A stretch of DNA of 22,936 bases from the NCBI GenBank assembly GCA_039588295.1, contig JBDHAB010000050.1, positions 1-22,936 on the forward strand. The letters run 5' to 3'. The first letter of the stretch is position 1, and every line of letters begins with the position of its first letter. The notes under the pieces were generated by a model. The model was not told where the DNA came from. It did not search any database and was given only the letters and a program-made list of their open reading frames with translations. The translations under genes were made by a program, and so were the position numbers. Below, piece after piece: positions 7,960 through 15,129 of the stretch. Source of the DNA: Gemmatimonadota bacterium. Its GTDB lineage: Bacteria; Gemmatimonadota; Gemmatimonadetes; Gemmatimonadales; GWC2-71-9.

Positions 7960-9766
7960 GGTCAGCACACCTCTGCAGAATTGCCCATGGGGCGCGCGCG
8001 CCTTCCGCGTGCGCGCTCCCTGAGTCGCTCTTCATCAACTGCGACACGTGCAGCGCAAGGAGCGCCGCCCGGCCGACGATTCCGTTTTGTCTCGGCACGC
8101 GATACATGGGGCGCTTGAGCTCGGGATGGGCGTCGACGTACGCGCGCACCTTCTGCATGCTCAGCCCCACTTCGGTCAGGGTGGATTCGAGCTCTTTCCT
8201 GGCCTTCGCCCGTGCATTAGCCAGCGCCATCTGCACCCGGCTGTAGGCGAGGATCTCGCTGTCGCCGGATGTTTCGATGGGCAGGTAGATGAGGTCGTTA
8301 TAGTCTTCGAGGACGGCCGCCTGCGCGCCGTCCGATTGCGTGCTGGGCATGCATCCGAACGGCTTTAAACTCAGCACCATGTGGCAGAGGTTATGGGTCT
8401 GGTAGTAGATGTTCTCCCCGACCTCGAGATGCCCCTCTCCCGACGCGCAGCGCCACTCGTAGTACGGGGCCGCGAGCTGCTGGAATTTGCGCTGATCGAC
8501 GATCTTGTGGAGCGTCCCGTTGAGCGCGTCGATCAACCGGTCGTTCTCGCGTCTGTAGAGCTTCTCTGCCAGGGTGAGCAGGCCCAGCTTTCGGACATAC
8601 CCGATGCGCTGCGAGAGCAGCCTTTTCGGCCGCCGGATGGAGACGGCCTTCCCGTTCGCGTCTATTCCCTTCTTCGCCCTGGCCATCTGCTTGGCCATGT
8701 GAAAGATGTACATGAGCCGCGTGCCGATCATCCGGTCGACGTAGGCTTCCGCCCGCTCGTCCTCCAGAAACCTCACCATGCGGAAGTTGCCGTCGCCATC
8801 CGTAGTCTGCGCCCAGAACTCGCCGATCACCCTCACGATGGGACGCACCCGCAGGTGGTCGATCTCGATCGCATCGAACTCGGCGCGCGCGCGTGTCATC
8901 GCATCCACGAGATCTCTGTTGAACAGCTGCCGGAAGACTTTGGCGACATAGACGAACGGGGCACCGAACCCGATCGCGGAGAACACCGTCCTCCACAACC
9001 CCGGCGGCGAATACGGCGTGCGCTTCTCCAGGAGATCGGCCACCATCTCCATCACGCGTTCGAGCACCTCGTCGGTCTTTCCCGGCTCAACTTCGTAGGG
9101 CCTGATCTGGCAGGCGAGCTGGTTGAGGATGTCTCCCAGGTTGAGGGCGTTGGCCAGCGCGAGAAAAAAGTCGAAGTTCATTTCCAGGCCCGCGCCGTCC
9201 TCGGCCTGGTCGGGCGCGCGGTCGATGCCGAACGTGAGGATGCGGAAGCCCACGAAGCCGGCGTTGCGCAGAGCCAACTGGTACTCTTCCTCGTACATGC
9301 CGAAGCGGCACGTCCCGCAGCTGCCGGCCGTCAGAAAGACGTATCGATCGGCGATCTCCTGCCGGCTCAGGCCGTTCGCTTCGAGCGACTGCAGGTGCTT
9401 GACGAGATTGCCGACCGTGAAGTAGGCCGGGTTGCAGTAAGCGTTATTCTGGAACTCCTTCCCCGTCTGGTAGGCGCTAAGATCCGGCGTCGGCAGGGCC
9501 TCGCACGAGTAACCGAGGCTGCGCATGGCCGCTTCGGCGAGTCTTTCATGTATAGAAGAGAGACCGCCGATTAGTATGGTGGTCTTCTCTCGCTCCCTGC
9601 GAATGAAGGGGCGCGTGAGCGGACGGTGGTAGTGCCTTCGCCCTTCGGTCTCCCCCGAAGAATCCTTCTGTAGACACTGCTGTGATGGAACGTACACAGG
9701 TTCATCGTCCTGGGCGCAAACGTTCGCGCTTCTTCCTTGTGCGCTAAACTGTTTGACGACTCTCAT
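7952..9766 (-). CDS. 2-hydroxyacyl-CoA dehydratase/reductase-type Fe-S subunit (PlsR-like partner of the activase)
   Basis: Motifs 'GKEF.NN..CNP.YFTVGNL', 'GSCGTCRFGMY', 'IRPYE..PG.TD', 'IGEFWAQTT.GDGNF', 'GEGHLEVG' and 'LKPFGCMPSTQSDG'. Start taken as ATG 9766 with SD AGGAG rather than the track's TTG 9796. Confidence 0.85.
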   Translation of the reverse strand: MRVVKQFSAQGRSANVCAQDDEPVYVPSQQCLQKDSSGETEGRRHYHRPLTRPFIRREREKTTILIGGLSSIHERLAEAAMRSLGYSCEALPTPDLSAYQTGKEFQNNAYCNPAYFTVGNLVKHLQSLEANGLSRQEIADRYVFLTAGSCGTCRFGMYEEEYQLALRNAGFVGFRILTFGIDRAPDQAEDGAGLEMNFDFFLALANALNLGDILNQLACQIRPYEVEPGKTDEVLERVMEMVADLLEKRTPYSPPGLWRTVFSAIGFGAPFVYVAKVFRQLFNRDLVDAMTRARAEFDAIEIDHLRVRPIVRVIGEFWAQTTDGDGNFRMVRFLEDERAEAYVDRMIGTRLMYIFHMAKQMARAKKGIDANGKAVSIRRPKRLLSQRIGYVRKLGLLTLAEKLYRRENDRLIDALNGTLHKIVDQRKFQQLAAPYYEWRCASGEGHLEVGENIYYQTHNLCHMVLSLKPFGCMPSTQSDGAQAAVLEDYNDLIYLPIETSGDSEILAYSRVQMALANARAKARKELESTLTEVGLSMQKVRAYVDAHPELKRPMYRVPRQNGIVGRAALLALHVSQLMKSDSGSAHAEGARAPWAILQRCADHE

Positions 9767-9824
9767 TTCTCGGCTCCTACGAAAGAATGGTTGCAACGCC
9801 GGTGATATTGCTGAAGTAGACTAC

Positions 9825-9840
9825 TGCAACCACCGCGCCA
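9825..9840 (-). promoter_or_regulatory. sigma54 (-24/-12) promoter of the four-gene operon
   Basis: The minus strand reads TGGCGC-GGTGG-TTGCA, against the consensus TGGCAC-N5-TTGCW with exact GG-N10-GC spacing. It lies about 60 nt upstream of ATG 9766 in the correct orientation. Confidence 0.75.
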
Positions 9841-10179
9841 CGCGCAATTCACGCGTGACCCGGTCGTGTCTGTGAGCCCACGCGGCACGGGCGTGGAGAC
9901 GGCCGTCATTGATCCGAACACGACTAAGAAGATGGTGACCTCGGCGATGTCCGCGGGTGCGTCAGGCGTTCACAATCGTTCACAGCGGAGTGTTCTGTTG
10001 TGTACATCCAACGGCGGGAAGTAGCGGTGTCCGCAGCGGGACTCAGAGCCCGATGTGCGCTCAAGACAACGAGATAGACGGGCACGCGCCGGCAGTTACG
10101 GGCCGGGTACAGTCCATGCTCTTGATGGATGAATGGGGACGCAGAACAACTCACCCTTACTCCATAAGGAGAGCCCAAG

Positions 10180-11415
10180 ATGCTGAACCATCATTCATTG
10201 ATTAGTGGTCTCGCCGTCGTTGTCGTGATCGCAACGCTGGCTGGATGCTCCGATAGGTCCGCGTCGCCGCTGGAACCGACGTGGGATTTCCAGATCTTTC
10301 CAAGCCGCGGCGTTGCCATCGACCCGCCCACTGGTGTCGTCGATGTAACAGCCGGTGAAGAAACGTTGTCCCTGTTTCCATATACGGGGAACGACTTCAG
10401 CGGCAACCCCGTCGACCCTATTAACATTGTGTTTGTCGGGAATGTGGATGCGACCACGATCCGCAACGCACTGATGGCGCTCGATGGCGACCGGACCGGC
10501 GCCGGCTTTCCACCGGTCGCACCGTTCAACGGCACCTGGAGCGACGCGCTCGGCGGTGTTCAGACCACGTATGCCGATGGTGCCGGCTGGGTTGGCAGCG
10601 TCGTGCAGCTGAACCTCGGGGGGTATGGCCCCGTACGCGTTCACCTGCGGCTGTTCGAGACCCGTCAGCCCTACGACGACGGCGGTAAGTGGACGCTCGG
10701 CGGCGCCCACTTCGAAGTGCTTATCCCGGGGACGACGGATCATCAGGTACTCGGCTGGGAACTGGCCGAGCTGATCGTCGTCTCGGATCTCGTGCGCAGC
10801 GGGCTCGTGGTCGCCACGTCGTCCAGCGGCGTCATCAACGCGGCGCCGAGTTTCCGGACCATTCCCGCCATGATTTACAATGGCATTCCCGATGAGCTCA
10901 AGCTACTGGCTGGTCTGCCGGTTGGACCCTCCACCACCGATGTGCCGATTCCATCTGACGGAGAGGCGACGGTGCTGCAAATCGAGGGTGAGGTTTCGAG
11001 CATTGCCGACAGCCGCGAGGCGTCGTTCACGCTGCAGTTCAGCCAGATCATCCCCAAGCCGTTCTGCAGCGACAGTCCCTTCGACTATCTGCTCGTGGAG
11101 GGGCCAGTGTCGCTGCGTAAGGTCGTTCGCATCTCGGCGCAAGGATCATACGCCTACGACGCGGCAATTCGGGGGCAGTTGACAGCGACACCGGTCGACG
11201 TCACGCAGAATCCACCGGTTCCGGCGGGCGAGCCCTTCAAAGTAACCGCGAGCGACGTTCAGCACGGATTCATTTCTGCCAGCGACGCTCGCGTGTCAAT
11301 GCAGGGGAAACGCATCATTATCGGCAACGGCGCCGAAAAGCAGTTCACCCGGCTCGAAGTTCACGAGCGCGGCACGAATGATTTCCGCGTCGACGTCAAG
11401 TGCCTCCAAGATTAA
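10180..11415 (+). CDS. Hypothetical lipoprotein, possibly with a distant LssY C-terminal-like domain
   Basis: SD AAGGAG, then a signal peptide with lipobox LAGC. The order of motifs 'DPINIVFVG', 'RVHLRLF', 'WTLGGAHFE', 'HQV' recalls LssY_C. The C-terminal third is beta-rich. Confidence 0.75.
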   Translation: MLNHHSLISGLAVVVVIATLAGCSDRSASPLEPTWDFQIFPSRGVAIDPPTGVVDVTAGEETLSLFPYTGNDFSGNPVDPINIVFVGNVDATTIRNALMALDGDRTGAGFPPVAPFNGTWSDALGGVQTTYADGAGWVGSVVQLNLGGYGPVRVHLRLFETRQPYDDGGKWTLGGAHFEVLIPGTTDHQVLGWELAELIVVSDLVRSGLVVATSSSGVINAAPSFRTIPAMIYNGIPDELKLLAGLPVGPSTTDVPIPSDGEATVLQIEGEVSSIADSREASFTLQFSQIIPKPFCSDSPFDYLLVEGPVSLRKVVRISAQGSYAYDAAIRGQLTATPVDVTQNPPVPAGEPFKVTASDVQHGFISASDARVSMQGKRIIIGNGAEKQFTRLEVHERGTNDFRVDVKCLQD

Positions 11416-11420
11416 TGCGC

Positions 11421-11462
11421 TCGGGCACCGGAGCAGCAACGGACGCTCGCTCCGGTGCCCGA
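11421..11462 (+). terminator. Strong intergenic stem-loop (terminator or mRNA-stabilising hairpin)
   Basis: tcgggcaccggagc (11421-11434) is the exact reverse complement of gctccggtgcccga (11449-11462). It is followed by 'agttctt'. Confidence 0.6.
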
Positions 11463-11486
11463 AGTTCTTGAAGAGAGGGAAGAACG

Positions 11487-12371
11487 ATGAAAGCGCGACA
11501 CGACAATTGGTCTCTCCTGGCAGCCGTCGCAATCGTTGCACCAATGGCTGTCGGCGTTCCGGACAGTGACAGCACGTACAGCACGACGGTTACCCTGGGC
11601 GGCGGCATGGGAAGGCATGGAACGGGCCTCGACGTCTATCTGGGCACGATGTCGGGATCGGGGTACGAGTGCGATGGCACGTACGTACCAGGTCACGAAG
11701 TGCGTGGTCCCCTCGATCTGGAAGAAACATTCACGGACATTGGGGGCGGTATCGATCATCGAGTCGGGAACTCCAGAGTGCACCTCGGCGTTCGGGGTGG
11801 GTACGTCTGGGAGGAAGCAACCCTCGTGGGCAGCGCGCCGATCAACCCGTTTACGAACGAACCCGTGGACCTCTCGGAAGCGATGGGCTCCTATGCGAAA
11901 ACAGCGTACTGGTACGTCAATCCCTACCTGGCGATCGAGGCGAGCAATGTCGGCATAGGTTTTGGCGTTGTTCGCTCGCAGATTCCGCTTCGAACGGACA
12001 AAGAGCAGAGAATACCCGAGGACCTCGGAAAGGGCGCGGGCACCCAGCCTTCGTTTCACCTCCGCCTGGGACCGCGCGACCTTCTGTACGTTTCGTACAG
12101 CCTCTGGGAGGGAATCCCCATCTACTCGGGTGGCGGCATGCACAACGCCGGTGTCGGCTTTCAACCGGGTCGCCAGCTCGACGTGTGGGCCGGCTACGCC
12201 TTCGGGGGCCCGTATCAGACCGACGGGGTGTATCTGCGCACAACAGTGGGAGCCGCTTCACCGGTGGCCTTGAACCTATCCCTCCGCGTGCCAGCCACGT
12301 ACCAAACCGCTGACGGAATCGGATGGATCAACGAGGTCGGCGGAAGTGTGGGGGTGCAGTTTCGCAGATGA
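11487..12371 (+). CDS. Hypothetical exported protein, probable outer-membrane beta-barrel
   Basis: SD-like GAGGGAAG and an N-terminal signal peptide. Many Gly/aromatic-rich amphipathic strands (VHLGVRGGYVW, LDVWAGYAFGG, VALNLSLRV) end in 'VGGSVGVQFRR'. Confidence 0.7.
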   Translation: MKARHDNWSLLAAVAIVAPMAVGVPDSDSTYSTTVTLGGGMGRHGTGLDVYLGTMSGSGYECDGTYVPGHEVRGPLDLEETFTDIGGGIDHRVGNSRVHLGVRGGYVWEEATLVGSAPINPFTNEPVDLSEAMGSYAKTAYWYVNPYLAIEASNVGIGFGVVRSQIPLRTDKEQRIPEDLGKGAGTQPSFHLRLGPRDLLYVSYSLWEGIPIYSGGGMHNAGVGFQPGRQLDVWAGYAFGGPYQTDGVYLRTTVGAASPVALNLSLRVPATYQTADGIGWINEVGGSVGVQFRR

Positions 12372-12397
12372 ATCCGGAGCGTGTAATCACCACAGTA

Positions 12398-12426
12398 TTG
12401 CCACCAACCCCCGCGGGGACTAGGAT
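12398..12426 (+). promoter_or_regulatory. Putative sigma70 promoter of the TonB-dependent receptor
   Basis: TTGCCA (12398-12403), 17-nt spacer, TAGGAT (12421-12426). Confidence 0.5.
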
Positions 12427-12502
12427 GGGTTCACCGCCATGGCGTCATGCTCTGCACCGTGATTCCCGTCACGCTCGAGAGTTCTGACAAGGAGAGAGAG
12501 CC

Positions 12503-15064
12503 ATGAATCTCTGGTGTTTGATTCTGATCGCGAGTCTTGCCGCGGAGCCGCCGCCAGCGCCGGGATCCATTCACGGCGTCGTGCGCGCCGCAGAGACGGG
12601 TGAGCCGCTTTTCCTCGCCCAGGCTCAACTGGTAGCGGCACCGCCGCGCGATTACCAGTGGAGCGGTGCCACCGGACGGACGGGCGAGTTTCGCGCAGAC
12701 GGCCTCGCGCCAGGCGCCTACCGGCTGACCGTCACGTACGCGGGACGCGCGCCCTGGACGTGGGAGCTTCTCGTCGAAAGCGGTTCTGTAACAGAGGTCG
12801 AAGTCGACCTCCTGTTCAGGCTCTACGAGGTGGGCACAATCGTGACCACCGGTTCCCGGCGCGAAGAGAAGGTGCTGGAAGTTCCCGCGCGCGTACAGGT
12901 GATCACGGGAGATGAAACGCGATCGAGAACGGTGCTCACACCACTCGATCACATGCAGGGCAAGCCTGCTTTGGATGTCGCGCGAACGGGGTTGAACCAG
13001 GGCACCGTTGTTATTCGCGGTTTCAACAATATCTTTTCGGGGGCCACGCTGACGCTGGTCGATCATCGCATCAGCCGCCTGCCCTCGCTCCGCTATAACG
13101 CGTTCAATCTCATTCCCACTTCGTACGACGATATCAAGCAGGTCGAGGTGGTGTCCGGTCCCGGTTCGGCGCTCTACGGCCCCAACAGCGCCAACGGCGT
13201 TCTTCATATACAGACCCTGTCGGCGTTCGACTCCGCGGGTACGAGCGCGACCGTGGCGGGCGGGAATCGCGGCGTGGGGATGGTCTCCGGGAGACACGCT
13301 CGGCTTTGGGGCGATCGGGTCGGCTTCAAGGTGACGGCACAATATCACCAGGGTGAAGACTTCCCGTTCGACGATCCGGCCGAGCAGTTCCCGCGGGAAT
13401 ACACGAACAAGCGGCTTGCCGTTGAGGGCCGCGTGGATGTCCGCTCCGACGCCGGCGCCCTTTTCGCCTTCAGCGGCGGATGGAACCAGCTCGATGCGGT
13501 GGAACTCACACCGCTGGGCGCCTCGCAGGCCTCGGAGCTGAGCTACGGTTATGGTCAGGCACGGATGACGTGGGGAGATTGGTTTGCGCAGACCTACGTC
13601 ACGACCAACGACGCCGGAGATTCGTTCAACCTGCGCACCGGCGACGACTTCGTCGACACGTCCAAGCTCATCGTCGGTGAAGTGCAACGTCGCTGGGGGC
13701 CGCACGACCGGCTGGCTCTCATCACCGGTGTCGACATGCTGTTGACGCGGCCGCAGACGGGCGGAACCATCAATGGCCGCAACGAAGACATCGACAACAT
13801 CGACGAGCTGGGGGGATACGTCCACGCGGAGACCGAACTGTCCCGGAGATGGACGCTCGTGGCGGCAGTGAGACTCGACGGACACAGCGAGCTCGAGGAC
13901 CCGGTGGTCTCGCCGAGGGCCGCGGTCTTGTACGAGCCCGCACTCGGTCAACGAATTCGCGCTACCTATAACCGGGCGTTTTCGACGCCCACGTCCACCA
14001 ACCTGTTTCTCGACCTGATGGCCGGGCAGGACATTTTCGCGGGCGCAGGGCTGAACGGCTTCGACTTGTGGGCCAAGGGCGTGCCCGAGTCGGGCTTCCG
14101 GTTCCAGCGCGACGCGATGGGTGGGGTCGACGGCCTTTACATGCAGGTGCCGGAGACGATGGGCGGAACCCCCGACCACATTCCGGCGGACGCCACGCTC
14201 ATGTGGCCGTTCATCCAGCAGATTATCGGACCGATTCCCGCGCCCACGCCGGCCGAGGTCTCAACCGTGCTTGCCACGGCCGACCCGAACACGGGTAGCT
14301 TCGTTTCCACAGCGCCCGAAGAAGTGCGCGACATCGACCGACTCCAGCCCACCATTACCAATACCTTCGAGGTGGGTTACACCGCGCTGTTCGGCGAACG
14401 TTTCTTGCTGTCGGCCGACGTCTACCACAGCCGCATCGAGAATTTCGTGGGGCCGCTGAGAATCGAAACCCCCAACGTATTTCTCGAGCAGTCCACCCTG
14501 CGCAACTATCTCGTCACCTACATGTCACCCGCGCAGGCCGACGCGGTCGCAGCCCAGCTCGCCGGCATTCCCTTGGGCACGGTAACACCGGACGGCACAC
14601 TCGACCCCGCCGACCTCATGCTCACGTATCGCAACTTCGGGATGGTGGACCTCACGGGTTTCGACATCGGCACACGGTTCCGCCTGCATCCCAGCTGGAC
14701 GCTCGCGCTCAATTACTCCTACGTAAGCGACAACTTCCTCGAGAATGTCGAGGGCGGAATCGACGTCGCGCTCAATGCCCCACAGCACAAAGCGGGCGCC
14801 GGCATCGAGTACCGGCTTCCCCGCCATCGCTTGGGGGCCGGCGTCCGGGCTCGCTACGTGGACGGCTTCCCCGTGCAATCCGGCGTATATTCGGGTTACG
14901 TCGACGCCTACACGCTCGCCGACGTCACGGCGACGTACGAGGTGCTGCCGAAGACGCACCTCGGATTGACGGTGCAGAACGCGTTCGATCACAGGCACCA
15001 GGAGTTCGTCGGCGCGCCGTTGATCGGCCGCACCGCGCTGCTGCGACTGACGAGGGCGTTCTAG
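12503..15064 (+). CDS. TonB-dependent receptor with N-terminal carboxypeptidase-regulatory-like domain
   Basis: Signal peptide; 'GSIHGVV...TGEPL..A', 'GLAPGAYRLTVTYAG'; TonB-box-like 'TIVTTGSRREE'; plug 'IRGF...LVD', 'IKQVEVVSGPGSALYGPNSANGV'; barrel end 'VQNAFD...GR.....LTRAF'. SD AAGGAG. Confidence 0.95.
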   Translation: MNLWCLILIASLAAEPPPAPGSIHGVVRAAETGEPLFLAQAQLVAAPPRDYQWSGATGRTGEFRADGLAPGAYRLTVTYAGRAPWTWELLVESGSVTEVEVDLLFRLYEVGTIVTTGSRREEKVLEVPARVQVITGDETRSRTVLTPLDHMQGKPALDVARTGLNQGTVVIRGFNNIFSGATLTLVDHRISRLPSLRYNAFNLIPTSYDDIKQVEVVSGPGSALYGPNSANGVLHIQTLSAFDSAGTSATVAGGNRGVGMVSGRHARLWGDRVGFKVTAQYHQGEDFPFDDPAEQFPREYTNKRLAVEGRVDVRSDAGALFAFSGGWNQLDAVELTPLGASQASELSYGYGQARMTWGDWFAQTYVTTNDAGDSFNLRTGDDFVDTSKLIVGEVQRRWGPHDRLALITGVDMLLTRPQTGGTINGRNEDIDNIDELGGYVHAETELSRRWTLVAAVRLDGHSELEDPVVSPRAAVLYEPALGQRIRATYNRAFSTPTSTNLFLDLMAGQDIFAGAGLNGFDLWAKGVPESGFRFQRDAMGGVDGLYMQVPETMGGTPDHIPADATLMWPFIQQIIGPIPAPTPAEVSTVLATADPNTGSFVSTAPEEVRDIDRLQPTITNTFEVGYTALFGERFLLSADVYHSRIENFVGPLRIETPNVFLEQSTLRNYLVTYMSPAQADAVAAQLAGIPLGTVTPDGTLDPADLMLTYRNFGMVDLTGFDIGTRFRLHPSWTLALNYSYVSDNFLENVEGGIDVALNAPQHKAGAGIEYRLPRHRLGAGVRARYVDGFPVQSGVYSGYVDAYTLADVTATYEVLPKTHLGLTVQNAFDHRHQEFVGAPLIGRTALLRLTRAF

Positions 15065-15129
15065 CGGGTGCCGGGCCGCACTCGAAGCTGCGGCGGATTC
15101 TACCGCGGTCGGTTGCGGCGGTCGGTCCC

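Noticed and set aside
3450..9574. Long alternative-frame and antisense ORFs over the operon (e.g. 3450..4883, 4618..5277, 5482..6525, 5996..7552, 6631..8118, 8381..9574)
   Set aside because: They are shadow ORFs of well-supported genes in high-GC DNA, with no motifs.
10010..10160. Possible cobalamin or c-di-GMP riboswitch fragments (gggaa...cggtg; gggacgcagaac)
   Set aside because: Only short fragments match. The B12 box and the GCAAA/GNRA/receptor architecture are missing.
9924..10205. Small ORFs in the divergent intergenic region (82 and 84 aa)
   Set aside because: They have no convincing SD or motifs and overlap probable regulatory DNA.
12440..12456. TGGCGTCATGCTCTGCA as a sigma54 promoter for the receptor
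   Set aside because: The GG-to-GC spacing is 11 nt rather than the required 10.
12431..14179. 582-aa antisense ORF
   Set aside because: It lies almost entirely opposite the TonB-dependent receptor and has no recognisable domain.
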